This document shows, one piece after another, positions 21,051-31,222 of a stretch of 64,000 bases of DNA. This stretch comes from Nitrosopumilus sp. (GTDB lineage Archaea; Thermoproteota; Nitrososphaeria; Nitrososphaerales; Nitrosopumilaceae). The notes beneath the pieces were generated by a model that saw only the letters and a list, made by a program, of their open reading frames with translations, was not told the origin of the DNA and ran no database searches. The stretch spans positions 1,056,001 to 1,120,000 of the forward strand of contig OZ244651.1 in NCBI GenBank assembly GCA_965218695.1. Direction: 5' to 3'. The position numbers and the translations under genes are program-made. Numbering within the stretch: position 1 is the first letter of the stretch; each line of letters opens with the position of its first letter.

Positions 21051-21959
21051 ATGGTAAACGCAATGAATCCAAAGGATCGGTGTCCTCGATGTGGCCAGAG
21101 CACCCTTGTTACAGATGCCAATACGGGCGAGAATTTCTGTGGCAAGTGCGGTTTTGTCATAACCGACAAGGTTGAGGAGTCGGGGCCTGAATGGAGATCG
21201 TTTTCAAACGAGGGTGAAAACAAGAGCAGGACCGGGGTGCCAACATCGCTTGCCATGCATGACATGGGACTGGCAACTGTGATTAATCCTCAGAATAGAG
21301 ACGCGACGGGAAAGCCGCTAACGGCCTCCATGAAGAGCACCATTGAGAGGCTGCGGACATGGGACAGCCGGAGCCAGGTTCACGAACCTGTGGACAGGAA
21401 CTTTCGGCAGGCCTTCAGCGAACTTGACCGTCTCAAGGACAAGCTGGCAGTAGGGGATGCCGTGATTGAAAAGGCCGCCTACATCTATAGAAAGGCACTT
21501 GAGAAGGGACTGGTGAGGGGGCGTTCCATTTCGGCCCTTATCGCATCTGCGCTTTATGCAGCATGCCGTGACACTGAAACGCCAAGAACACTAAAGGACA
21601 TAGGCCAGGCAAGCAACATCAAGCGAAAGGATATTGCAAGATGCTACCGGCTGCTCCTGAGGGAACTGAACCTAAAGATGCCCGTAGTCGATCCAATCAA
21701 GTGCATCTCAAGAATCGCAAGCAAGGCCGGACTCTCAGAGAAGACCAAGAGAAAGGCCACCAAGATTCTGCAGATAGCAGAGGAGAACAAGATATCTGCC
21801 GGAAAGGATCCCATGGGACTGGCAGCGGCGGCCCTGTACGTGGCATGCGTTACCAACGGGGAGAACAAGACCCAGAGGGACGTTGCAGAGGCTGCCGGGG
21901 TGACAGAGGTGACCATCCGAAACAGGTACAAGGGCCTAAAGGTTGCACTAAACCTCTAG
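21051..21959 (+). CDS. tfb: Transcription initiation factor IIB
   Basis: CPRC...CGKC Zn ribbon, GPEWRSF, two cyclin repeats, GVTEVTIRNRYK; likely start at ATG 21051. Confidence 0.97.
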   Translation: MVNAMNPKDRCPRCGQSTLVTDANTGENFCGKCGFVITDKVEESGPEWRSFSNEGENKSRTGVPTSLAMHDMGLATVINPQNRDATGKPLTASMKSTIERLRTWDSRSQVHEPVDRNFRQAFSELDRLKDKLAVGDAVIEKAAYIYRKALEKGLVRGRSISALIASALYAACRDTETPRTLKDIGQASNIKRKDIARCYRLLLRELNLKMPVVDPIKCISRIASKAGLSEKTKRKATKILQIAEENKISAGKDPMGLAAAALYVACVTNGENKTQRDVAEAAGVTEVTIRNRYKGLKVALNL

Positions 21960-22937
21960 GTTCCGGGCTCTTTTTGCACAGAACTTGTCTGCAAGTATTA
22001 TGGCCGTCGATATCACGCCTGAGGCCAGCAGGAGAATCTCCAGCGACGGCATCAGGGAATGTGAGAATGCATCCTCGATGCTGATCAGGTTCAGCTGGGC
22101 TACCATGTTGGCATATGCGTATATGAAATAATTTGTGGCCCAGTGAATCACGAGTGCGCTTACAAAGCCGTACCTGACATATACCCAGCCCAGGATGATT
22201 CCTCCGACTGTGGCTTGGGCAAACTTGCCCTCGGACCATGCCTGGCCAAACGCGATGTGGGAAAGGCCAAACAGCACGCCGACTGCAACGATCAAGATGA
22301 TCGCCTTTCTGTAGTCGGCAATTTCCAGCTTGGACGGGTTCCACAGGCACTCCAGAAGATATCTTGCAGAGGATCTGTAGGAGTACAGGGCAAACAGCGG
22401 AATCCCGATCAGGATGATGCGGAATCCAAACTCTTCAAACAGGGGGGCTGCCGTGATGTACAGGAACTGAACCAGGTTGTTTACCTCAAGCTGCGCAACG
22501 GTTGTAATCCCAAACCACTCCTGGACATAATTGATTATTGCAGAGACCAGAACCAGGACGGAGAACCATTTCGTAGCCCCGAGCATGTAGTTTTTTCTGA
22601 CATCCAGCCTCCCAAGCTGGATTATGGGAGAAAATGATCTTAAAAATCCGTATTTTGGACCCATGGTTGCAATTACAAATATTATCACGTACAGGGCCCA
22701 CAAGACGACAAACGCATCCCCTATGCTGACATCAAACGGAACATTGGCAAGCATGGTTCCCTTGAGGATGCCCAAATGGGTCAGGGGAAAATCATAGTTA
22801 ATGTCCCCCCCGATGTCGCTTTCAAATACGACAAAAATTCCAATGGGAAACGATATGAGAAACAGTCCAAAGACGACTGATAAAAGTGCCGTGAACGGAA
22901 TCCCAATGGATGCAATCAGTCTGTTTTTGGCTTGCAA
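21948..22937 (-). CDS. CPBP-family intramembrane metalloprotease
   Basis: APLFEEFGFR, FGLSH, IHWATN. Confidence 0.88.
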   Translation of the reverse strand: MQAKNRLIASIGIPFTALLSVVFGLFLISFPIGIFVVFESDIGGDINYDFPLTHLGILKGTMLANVPFDVSIGDAFVVLWALYVIIFVIATMGPKYGFLRSFSPIIQLGRLDVRKNYMLGATKWFSVLVLVSAIINYVQEWFGITTVAQLEVNNLVQFLYITAAPLFEEFGFRIILIGIPLFALYSYRSSARYLLECLWNPSKLEIADYRKAIILIVAVGVLFGLSHIAFGQAWSEGKFAQATVGGIILGWVYVRYGFVSALVIHWATNYFIYAYANMVAQLNLISIEDAFSHSLMPSLEILLLASGVISTAIILADKFCAKRARNLEV

Positions 22938-22943
22938 CTTGTC

Positions 22944-23252
22944 CTAGTGCAGCTCTATGCTGTCATCGGCAAATCCCAGACCGATCAGTGTGTCCTTGAT
23001 GGTATCTCTGTGATCGCCCTGCAAGAAGATGTAGCCCTCCTTTGCAGTTCCGCCACATGCATACTTGTTCTTAAGTTCCTTGGCAACAGTCTCTAGATTG
23101 TTTAGCTTGGGATCCAGGCCCTCTATCATGGTGCCCTTCTTCTTAAACCGCCTAGTCTCCAATCTGATTATAATCTTGGTATTGTCTTTGGCAAGTTCGC
23201 CACAAGCACACAAATCTTCCGGAAGACCACAAGTATTACAGATTACTGCCAT
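22944..23252 (-). CDS. sui1: Translation initiation factor SUI1 (aIF1)
   Basis: CGLPEDLCAC, KELKNKYACGGTAKEG, LQGDHR. Confidence 0.95.
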   Translation of the reverse strand: MAVICNTCGLPEDLCACGELAKDNTKIIIRLETRRFKKKGTMIEGLDPKLNNLETVAKELKNKYACGGTAKEGYIFLQGDHRDTIKDTLIGLGFADDSIELH

Positions 23253-23539
23253 TCGTTCTACATGAATTGATCTGTACGTACTATTAAGCATTGTTTAGAA
23301 AACCCACTCGTCATCTTGCACCGTTTGGCACCTTCAAATTAGGATAATGTGGGATGAAAATCCCGCCACATGCCTGGAAACGGACGTTACTGATCCGGCC
23401 TGCCATTTACGCTCTGTCGCCGATGGCATGCCCATGGGGGCGGGGGTGAACAACTCTCGGGATCCTGCAAGAATGCTAAATCTTTGAAAAAGTAATATGT
23501 AACAACGTCTCTATTCTTACTGTCCTAGGTGAAAATGAT

Positions 23540-24460
23540 ATGATTACAGTGCTTGCAGGGGGAACAGGTTCAGTCAAACTGGTAAGAGGACTGGCAGCAC
23601 AGGAATCCAAGGTAAACGTGATCAGCAACGTGGGCGACAACTACTGGTTGTATGGACTCTACATCTGTCCGGATATCGACACGATAGTGTACGGACTGGC
23701 TGATCTTCTTGATCAAGACAAGGGATGGGGGGTCAAGAAGGACACGTTTAACTTTCTGCGTCAGATGGAGGTATTTGGAGAGGAGACGTGGTTCCGGATA
23801 GGCGACAGGGATGCTGCAACGCATCTGATCAGAACCAACATGCTCAAGAATGGAAAAAACCTAAGCGAGATTACAAAATGGATGTGTGAAAAATTTGCAG
23901 TAAGCGCAAACATTATTCCGGTAACTGACAATACCATTGAGACAAGAATCATCACAGACAAGAGCGAGATGCATCTGCAGGAGTATTGGGTAAAGCACAG
24001 GGGAAGGAAGCCTGTGGAGGGAATCCAGTATGTCGGGGCAGACAAGGCGCGTCCCAACCCTGAAGTGGTAAACGCAATTCATGATGCAAGCCTTGTGATT
24101 CTGGCACCCGGAAACCCGCTGACATCCATAGGCCCCATGCTACAGATAAAGGGGATCCGAAAGGAGCTCTCAAAGATAAAGAGGAAGGTAGTTGCAGTAA
24201 GCCCACTGATCGGAAACGAATCCATTACGGGACCGGCTGCAAAATACATGCAGGCTGCAGGAATAGAGTCCAATGCATACGGCCTGGCGAAAATGTATTC
24301 GGACGTATGCTCAAACATAATCATCGACACCAAGGACAGGGCGCTTACAAAGAAGATCCAAAGTCTGAACATGAGGGTATTTGAAACCCGAATCACCATG
24401 AAGACCAAACCTGCCGAAGAGACACTGGCAGGCTTTATCCTAAAACAAGTGCACGTGTGA
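23540..24460 (+). CDS. cofD: 2-phospho-L-lactate transferase (F420 biosynthesis)
   Basis: GGTGSVK, CPDIDT, WFRIGDRD, HLQEYWV, NPLTSIGP. Confidence 0.95.
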   Translation: MITVLAGGTGSVKLVRGLAAQESKVNVISNVGDNYWLYGLYICPDIDTIVYGLADLLDQDKGWGVKKDTFNFLRQMEVFGEETWFRIGDRDAATHLIRTNMLKNGKNLSEITKWMCEKFAVSANIIPVTDNTIETRIITDKSEMHLQEYWVKHRGRKPVEGIQYVGADKARPNPEVVNAIHDASLVILAPGNPLTSIGPMLQIKGIRKELSKIKRKVVAVSPLIGNESITGPAAKYMQAAGIESNAYGLAKMYSDVCSNIIIDTKDRALTKKIQSLNMRVFETRITMKTKPAEETLAGFILKQVHV

Positions 24461-24461
24461 C

Positions 24462-25094
24462 TTGAAGACTGCAGCAATAATCCCGGTGAAGACGTTCTCC
24501 AAGGCAAAGACGCGCTTGAAGTTGCCCGAACACACAGTCAGGGATCTGTGCAGGACGATGCTGGAGGAAATTCTGTACACCGTCTCAACCTCGCCGCGGA
24601 TTGACAGGACCGTAATAGTGACGATGGAGCCGGAGGCCATAAGCATTGCAGAGCGATTCAATTCTGTCACCATAACGGATCGGGAGGAGGGGGTCAATGC
24701 GGCAGTGGCACTTGCAGACCGGTACCTTTTGGAGAGCGGTTTTGATGCGTCAATCGTATTCCCGCAGGATATCCCCTACATCAAGGCACAGGACATTGAT
24801 TTCATGCTAAACTACATGACGCCGCCAAGCTTTGCAATCATCGTCCCGTCTAGAAGGTTTGACGGGACAAACGCACTGATGAGGATGCCGGTAGACCTGA
24901 TGGAGACGCACTACGATCAGAACAGCTACAGGGCACACATGAACACTGCCAAGATGCACACGCTCAATGCCGCAATGGTCTTTGTAAAGAGGATCATGTG
25001 GGATGTTGACAGCATGGGGGATCTAAGATTCCTTTTGGAACAAAATGAAAAGCCGCACCTTGCAGAGAAGATAAAAAAGATCCTCAAAGCCTGA
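24462..25094 (+). CDS. cofC: 2-phospho-L-lactate guanylyltransferase
   Basis: IIPVK...AKTRL, DIP, DGTNAL, DVD; adjacent to cofD. Confidence 0.93.
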   Translation: MKTAAIIPVKTFSKAKTRLKLPEHTVRDLCRTMLEEILYTVSTSPRIDRTVIVTMEPEAISIAERFNSVTITDREEGVNAAVALADRYLLESGFDASIVFPQDIPYIKAQDIDFMLNYMTPPSFAIIVPSRRFDGTNALMRMPVDLMETHYDQNSYRAHMNTAKMHTLNAAMVFVKRIMWDVDSMGDLRFLLEQNEKPHLAEKIKKILKA

Positions 25095-25227
25095 ATTTAC
25101 CCATTGGGCCTCCTGCAGGAACCGGACATGGCCGGATCCGATAAGCGCACCCCGCGTCCCTGCATGCCCGCTCTGCGGCGTGGCGCCATAAATCAACAAG
25201 GGGTGCAGTCAGGTGCTGGTTCCTGAA

Positions 25228-25560
25228 TCACGTCGGAACGTCCTTGATCCTCTTCAAGGTATCTAGATGCATGTTGATGGATTTTAAGATCTCCTGCTGC
25301 CTTTCATTACTGCCTGCATGCTCCAACTCCCCTGAGAGGACTCTTATCTTTTCGTTGATTATTTCTGCCAGGGACGATACCGTGTCCTGGTCACCGTCCT
25401 GTGGCATGTCCCTTTTTTCCGGCTCCCTGCCACAGCCGATACACAAGGCATGCCCGTCTTTGATCACCCGGACTCCTGCACAGTACGGGCACGGCTGTCC
25501 AAGCAGCGTGGCACCGTCCAGCAGCATCTTGGCTGCCCTCCTTGTAAGATCCTTTGACAC
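25228..25560 (-). CDS. Sjogren/scleroderma autoantigen p27-like Zn-ribbon protein
   Basis: MLLDGATLLGQPCPYC...CIGC. Confidence 0.85.
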   Translation of the reverse strand: MSKDLTRRAAKMLLDGATLLGQPCPYCAGVRVIKDGHALCIGCGREPEKRDMPQDGDQDTVSSLAEIINEKIRVLSGELEHAGSNERQQEILKSINMHLDTLKRIKDVPT

Positions 25561-25581
25561 AAGTTTCAGTCGGTATTCTGC

Positions 25582-25819
25582 CTAAAAAATCTCTTGATCT
25601 CCGGCATCGTTGCAGGGCCGTCGCGCATCTGCGGCGAGGCCTGTTACGACCACGGCAGCAGACAAAATTCCATGACGCACTCCCTGTCGGGGGACGTATC
25701 CTGAATTCATACCGCCTGGCATCCGACCCGTCGCCATTCTGGCAGCCCTTGTCTGCAGTTGCGCACGATATTCCACAACACCACCTGGCATTACCGTGTC
25801 GGGATCTGCCAGACTCCTC
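25582..25819 (-). pseudogene. Decayed ThiF/MoeB (E1-like) domain remnant, formerly fused to MoaD
   Basis: After the stop, frameshifted EESGRSRH / VMPGGVVEYRAQLQTRAAR resembles the MoeB start E.DRYSRQVML..IGY.GQLKL; GVRHGILS resembles a late MoeB segment. Confidence 0.5.
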
Positions 25820-26110
25820 TTAGGAAAGATCAGAGCCTCCTGCAACCGCAGGCAGTATGTATATCTCGTCACCGTCTTTGAGCGCAGTCTTCATCCCTTC
25901 TGAGAATTTTGCATTCTTGCCGTTGACGTATACGTTGATGAGTGATCTGGGGGTCCCGTCAGCCTCCAAAACGCGCCTTTCAAAGTCGTCACCCATGACT
26001 TTGACCGTTTTGGCAAAGGCATCTGCCAGAGAGTCTGCAGAGATCTGCATCTTTTTCTCCCCGCCGCCACGGTTCAGAACCGAAGGGATAACAAATGTAA
26101 TGTCTGTCAT
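25820..26110 (-). CDS. MoaD/ThiS ubiquitin-like sulfur carrier (SAMP-like) ending AVAGGSDLS
   Basis: INVYVNGKN...LKDGDEIYILPAVAGG. Confidence 0.88.
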   Translation of the reverse strand: MTDITFVIPSVLNRGGGEKKMQISADSLADAFAKTVKVMGDDFERRVLEADGTPRSLINVYVNGKNAKFSEGMKTALKDGDEIYILPAVAGGSDLS

Positions 26111-27348
26111 CAGTTGACCGCCGCCGATACCTCTTGGATGTTTGCCCTGACTTCTGCTGGCCTCTTGAGCACCCGCATTATCGCCTCTGTGGCCTTGAGT
26201 CCGTTGCCGGTCACATAACACACCACGGTCTGATCCGGATCAATCTCCTGCCGTTGGACCATCTTTTGAAGGGCTGCCACTGCCACGCCTCCTGCAGGTT
26301 CGGTAAATATGCCTTCAGTCCTTGCCAAGAGTATGATCCCCTCGAGAATCTCCTCGTCATCTGACTCTACTGCAGTGCCATCGTACTGCCCGAGTCGTTT
26401 GAGTACGTACCTGCCGTCGCCGGGATCCCCTATTGCCAGACTCTTTGCAATTGTGTCCGGTTGCTCCACCGGGGTCACATGAGTGCTGTTGCGGTTAAAG
26501 GCATCAACTACGGGCGCACAGCCGTGGGGCTGTGCCGCACTCACATGCATGCCTGACACATCCTCAGTCAGCGAGACCTCCTGCAGTTCCTCAAATCCCT
26601 TGCAGATGGCATTGAGCATTGCGCCGCTCCCGACCGGAACGATCAGGTGATCCGGAACCTTCCAGTCCAGCTGCTCGGCAACCTCGTATGCAAGGGTCTT
26701 GGAGCCCTCGACATAGTATGATCTCAGATTGATGTTGACTATTCCGATCCTCTTGCGCTCGCCGATATTTGCTGCCAGCGTGTTTGCATCGTCATATGTC
26801 CCCCTGACCGGGATGTAGTTTGCCCCGTATGAAAGCGCCTGGGCCATCTTTGCAGTCTCTATGTCTGCCGGGGCAAACACGTGACAGTCAAGTCCGGCCT
26901 TTGCCGCATGCGCTGCAGTCGCAGATGCAAGGTTCCCGGTGGATGCGCATCCCACAGAATGTATGCCCAGTTCCCCTGCCTTGGAGACTGCCACGCCTGC
27001 CGGCCTGTCCTTGAACGAGTACGTCGGGTTTACGGAGTCATTTTTAATGTACAGGTTTTTGAGTCCCAGGGCCTTCCCGAGCCGTTCGGCCTTTGTGAGG
27101 GGGGTCATGCCTGCACCAATACTCACTATGCTGGATTTATTCTCTATTGGCAGCATCTCAAAGTACCGCCAGTATGTCTGCTGGCGGCCTGCAAACATGT
27201 CCCGGGTAATCTTGGGAAAGTTGTACCTTACATCAAGCGGACCAAAGCATTCATCGCAGACGTACTTGAATGACGTCTCATACCGCCTTTTACACTCCCT
27301 GCACTCTAGAAACAATCGTCCCATGTCAAGAAACTCGGCTGAAACCAT
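26110..27348 (-). CDS. thrC: Threonine synthase
   Basis: NPTYSFKDR, CASTGN, EGSKT, VPVGSG, TGNGLK. Confidence 0.93.
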   Translation of the reverse strand: MVSAEFLDMGRLFLECRECKRRYETSFKYVCDECFGPLDVRYNFPKITRDMFAGRQQTYWRYFEMLPIENKSSIVSIGAGMTPLTKAERLGKALGLKNLYIKNDSVNPTYSFKDRPAGVAVSKAGELGIHSVGCASTGNLASATAAHAAKAGLDCHVFAPADIETAKMAQALSYGANYIPVRGTYDDANTLAANIGERKRIGIVNINLRSYYVEGSKTLAYEVAEQLDWKVPDHLIVPVGSGAMLNAICKGFEELQEVSLTEDVSGMHVSAAQPHGCAPVVDAFNRNSTHVTPVEQPDTIAKSLAIGDPGDGRYVLKRLGQYDGTAVESDDEEILEGIILLARTEGIFTEPAGGVAVAALQKMVQRQEIDPDQTVVCYVTGNGLKATEAIMRVLKRPAEVRANIQEVSAAVN

Positions 27349-27459
27349 ACTTAAAACGTCCTAATATTGAATCAAGTGTTACTTAATTTCATCCTGAAAA
27401 AATTCAGTACTATATATAAGGACAAACCGTGTACGGAGCCATTTCTGGAACGTGTGGTC

Positions 27460-27789
27460 TCATTTGGCCAATTTGTTGTGAAAGCAGCTGGGATCCCCCT
27501 TGTGACAGGCCGGCCCTGCAGGTTCAACCAGGTATATCAGCGCATCCGAGTCACAGTCGACTAGAATATCCCTGACATGCTGGACGTTCCCTGATGTCTC
27601 GCCCTTCATCCACAGTTTCTTCCTCGAGCGGCTGTAAAACCATGATTTGGCCGTCTTTATAGTAAGGCCAAGGGATTCCCTGTTGGTGTATGCAAGGGTA
27701 AGTATCTGGTGCGTGCTGGCGTTTTGTACTATTACCGGAACCAGTCCGTCCCCCCTCTCAAAGTCGATCTCGTCAATTGATTGTATCAT
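27460..27789 (-). CDS. hisI: Phosphoribosyl-AMP cyclohydrolase
   Basis: SRSRKKLWMKGETSGN, DCDSD, ACHKG..SCF. Confidence 0.96.
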   Translation of the reverse strand: MIQSIDEIDFERGDGLVPVIVQNASTHQILTLAYTNRESLGLTIKTAKSWFYSRSRKKLWMKGETSGNVQHVRDILVDCDSDALIYLVEPAGPACHKGDPSCFHNKLAK

Positions 27790-27926
27790 GTGTATGTGGC
27801 ATGGGATGAACTCTAATTATAACGAAACTGTACAGATCTGGTGCATGTCTGTGTTCTAATCCAAAACAGATGCAAATAATTTTACCTTCAGGATAGGTTT
27901 ATTACCATAATTTACACAAAACTTGC

Positions 27927-29294
27927 ATGATAGGGCGTCTGCTGCTACCTGCATTTGTGGCAATCCTTATTGTAGTTGGCGCTACTACCCCTGTGTGGGC
28001 CGCACAGCTAGAGGTTTTAGTCAATCCTGAGACAGAATCATCACCATTTCACATAAGATACCAAAAGACTGTCTTTATGGAATACCCAGAAGACGGGCAG
28101 ATACACGACCAGCTTAGCGGACAAGAGTGGGTAGTTGCGGGCACTGTGGACTCTTCAAGTTCAGGTGTCCAGGACCTTATGGGCCAGCTCAACCAGAACA
28201 TATTTGCAGCAGGAAGCCAAGCATCGGTCTCTGATCTAGAGGTAACCTATAACATTCATCTCCAGCCGTTTGGCGACCATACGTCGATTGACTATACTGT
28301 GATTCTGGAAGGAACGATGTCCAACTATATCATCACACAGGATTCCCAGCGAACCCTGATTGATCTGGGGTGGAGGGGACTCAGTGCGCATGACCCGGTT
28401 GTTATTGATGGCGTAGAGATCAACCTGCCGATCAGCATACTGGAGTCGCATGCGCCCGAGACGTACGGGCTTCTTGCAGGAACCGCAGTAAATGACGTAC
28501 TTACAATACCACTTATGAATGCCGATTTCATACTGGAACAGCCCATGACCAACTGGCACTTCCTGTTTGATCCCACGGGAATCAACGTCGACGCCGGAAC
28601 GTTTGGCCTGAGTGATGAGATCGCAGGTAACGTAGTCAGCGCATGGACCATGGGCGAGAGCAGCATTCGTGAAGGAATCCAGGTCGAGCGCGAATTTGAG
28701 GTAACCATCACACTTGACAGGGAATACACAATCAGGAGTCTGCAGTCTGCAGACAACGCAGTCGTTCGGGTGCTGGGCTTTGGCACGCTGGACACGCTTG
28801 ACGGTATAGAGATTGCAGGCGTTACCCCCACGGCTCCAGAGGGCTTTGGCACTACATCTACTGGCGACTTTCCAATATTCATCATATATGGCATGGCAGG
28901 ACTTGCAGCCGTAGCCGGAATCGGATTCTTCTTTATAAGCAACAGATCCCTCAAGAACCAGCAGACAGAGCAGCAGGGAATTGATCCAAGCAGGCTGGTG
29001 GGATATCAGACCAGCGCATCGTCTGGCGGTTATCAGACCAACAGGGGCGAGGCACAGCTAAGGGACGACACCGACTATCATCAGACCAGAAACGTCTATG
29101 ACGGATCCTCACAGGACACTGCTCCCCGGCCATCTGCGGCAACACCTACGGTATCTGATGCGGCATGCGGCTGCTCTGCTTCTGCAGAGATGGGCTCCGA
29201 GTGCGACTGCGAGATGCAGGCCTCGTGCCTGTGCGATGCCACATGCGACTGTAGCGCAAGCCTCTGCCGGGAGAACGCCGCCATGATGAGATAG
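27927..29294 (+). CDS. Membrane-anchored exported protein with Cys-rich C-terminal tail (copy 1)
   Basis: Signal peptide, acidic ectodomain, TM FIIYGMAGLAAVAGIGFFFI, tail with 4xCxC plus C. Confidence 0.85.
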   Translation: MIGRLLLPAFVAILIVVGATTPVWAAQLEVLVNPETESSPFHIRYQKTVFMEYPEDGQIHDQLSGQEWVVAGTVDSSSSGVQDLMGQLNQNIFAAGSQASVSDLEVTYNIHLQPFGDHTSIDYTVILEGTMSNYIITQDSQRTLIDLGWRGLSAHDPVVIDGVEINLPISILESHAPETYGLLAGTAVNDVLTIPLMNADFILEQPMTNWHFLFDPTGINVDAGTFGLSDEIAGNVVSAWTMGESSIREGIQVEREFEVTITLDREYTIRSLQSADNAVVRVLGFGTLDTLDGIEIAGVTPTAPEGFGTTSTGDFPIFIIYGMAGLAAVAGIGFFFISNRSLKNQQTEQQGIDPSRLVGYQTSASSGGYQTNRGEAQLRDDTDYHQTRNVYDGSSQDTAPRPSAATPTVSDAACGCSASAEMGSECDCEMQASCLCDATCDCSASLCRENAAMMR

Positions 29295-29433
29295 CAGACG
29301 TGCCAATCCAGGCGATGCTGGAGCAACCATCATTATTGCGTTTTGGCGATATTTTGTCTTGCGATCTACGGCATACACGTATTATCCGTTTATTTTAGCT
29401 TAGGTTTATTAGCGGAATTTGTCCACATTTATC

Positions 29434-30789
29434 GTGTCGGGTCGATTGGTATTGTCTGCATTTGTCGCAGTTTTAATCATGGTTGGTGCATCCACTCCTG
29501 CGTGGGCAGCCCAATTAGACGTTCTGATTAACCCTGATGCCGAGTCGTCGCCGTTCCACATACGATACCAAAAAACCGTCTTTATAGAATACCCTGCAGA
29601 CGGGCAGATACACGACCAGCTTAGCGGACAAGAGTGGCAGGTTGAAGGAACTGCAGACTCCTCAAACCCTGGTGCCCGGGATCTTATACGCCAGCTCAAC
29701 CAGAACATACTTGATTCGGGAAGTCAGGCATCAATATCAGATCTTAGCGTATCCTATGATATACATCTCCGGCCGTTTGGCGACTACACGTCAATTGACT
29801 ATACAGTGGTTCTGGAAGGGGAGATATCCAACTATCTCATCACGAGGGATTCCCAGCGGGCCCTCATTGATCTGGGTTGGAGAGGGTTTAGTGCATATGA
29901 AGACGTAGTCATTGACGGTGCAGAGATCAACCTGCCGATCAGCATACTGGAGTCGCACGCGCCCGAGACGTACGGGCTTCTTGCAGGAACCGCCGCAGAC
30001 GACGTCCTTACAAGGCCACTCATCAATGCCGATTTCATACTGGAACAGCCCATGACCAACTGGCACTTCCTGTTCGATCCCACGGGAATAGGCGTTGATG
30101 CAGAGACATTTGGCCTGAGTGAGGAAATCTCCGGGTTTGTCCTTAGCAAATGGACCATGGGCGAGAGCAGCCTTCGTGAGGGAATCCAGATTGAGCGTGA
30201 ATTTGAGGCCGTTGTAACACTTGACCGTGAATACACCATTAGGAGCCTGCAGTCTGCAGACAACGCTGCTATTCAGGTAGTGGGATTTGGCACGTTGGGC
30301 GTACTTGACGGCGTAGAGATTGTGGGAGTTACTCCCGATGCTCCCAGCCCTGACACCAACGACTTTCCAGTATTCATCATATACGGCATGGCAGGAATTG
30401 CAGCCGTCGCCGGAATCGGATTCTTCTTTGTAAGCAACAGATCCCTCAAGAACCAGAAGACAGAGCAGCAGGGAATTGATCCAAGCAGGCTGGTGGGATA
30501 TCAGACCAGCGCATCGTCTGGCGGTTATCAGACCAACAGGGGCGAGGCGCAGCTAAGGGACGACGCCGACTATCATCAGACCAGAAGCGTCTATGGCGGA
30601 TCCTCACAGGACACTACCACCAGGCCATCTGCGGCAACACCTACGGTATCTGATGCGGCATGCGGCTGCTCTGCTTCTGCAGAGATGGGCTCCGAGTGCG
30701 ACTGCAATATGCAGGGCTCGTGCCTGTGCGATGCCACATGCGACTGCGGCGCAAGCCTCTGCCGGGAGCACGCCGACATGATGAGATAG
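29434..30789 (+). CDS. Membrane-anchored exported protein with Cys-rich C-terminal tail (copy 2)
   Basis: Tandem paralogue of 27927-29294; start GTG 29434 or TTG 29419. Confidence 0.85.
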   Translation: MSGRLVLSAFVAVLIMVGASTPAWAAQLDVLINPDAESSPFHIRYQKTVFIEYPADGQIHDQLSGQEWQVEGTADSSNPGARDLIRQLNQNILDSGSQASISDLSVSYDIHLRPFGDYTSIDYTVVLEGEISNYLITRDSQRALIDLGWRGFSAYEDVVIDGAEINLPISILESHAPETYGLLAGTAADDVLTRPLINADFILEQPMTNWHFLFDPTGIGVDAETFGLSEEISGFVLSKWTMGESSLREGIQIEREFEAVVTLDREYTIRSLQSADNAAIQVVGFGTLGVLDGVEIVGVTPDAPSPDTNDFPVFIIYGMAGIAAVAGIGFFFVSNRSLKNQKTEQQGIDPSRLVGYQTSASSGGYQTNRGEAQLRDDADYHQTRSVYGGSSQDTTTRPSAATPTVSDAACGCSASAEMGSECDCNMQGSCLCDATCDCGASLCREHADMMR

Positions 30790-31222
30790 TTGTGTGTGCT
30801 GGGAGTAACCCTCCTTCTGTTTTCACGATATTTCGCTTTGCGGCCTACCTGAACCTGCTACAGGCATCTATGGTTCTGTTTGGCCTTGCTCCATGCGGGT
30901 CGGCTTGTTTCATTCCGTTTATGGAAACCTCAGGTTCTACCATCACCGTGCGCCATATTGGATCTTTTCTGCTCCGTTGCCAGCCATCTCTGACTATCCA
31001 TCTCCGGATCACATCTCCTGTACGGAGGGAGGAGTTTCCTCTGCCGTGGCAGCGTGTCGTGCTCCAGCTCACGCCATGTCCTGGCACCCATTGAATTTGA
31101 GTATTTCGATGGGCCTTGGCGTTGTCCACATTTTGAGAATCCCTCTCTATTTCATGATGTTTCGAGTTCGTGTCGGCATCTTGAATCATAATTCTAAGGG
31201 GGTTTTTGGTACTGCCGGATTT

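Noticed and set aside
25817-25822. Stop-codon readthrough restoring the MoaD-ThiF fusion
   Set aside because: Downstream sequence is frameshifted and heavily deleted.
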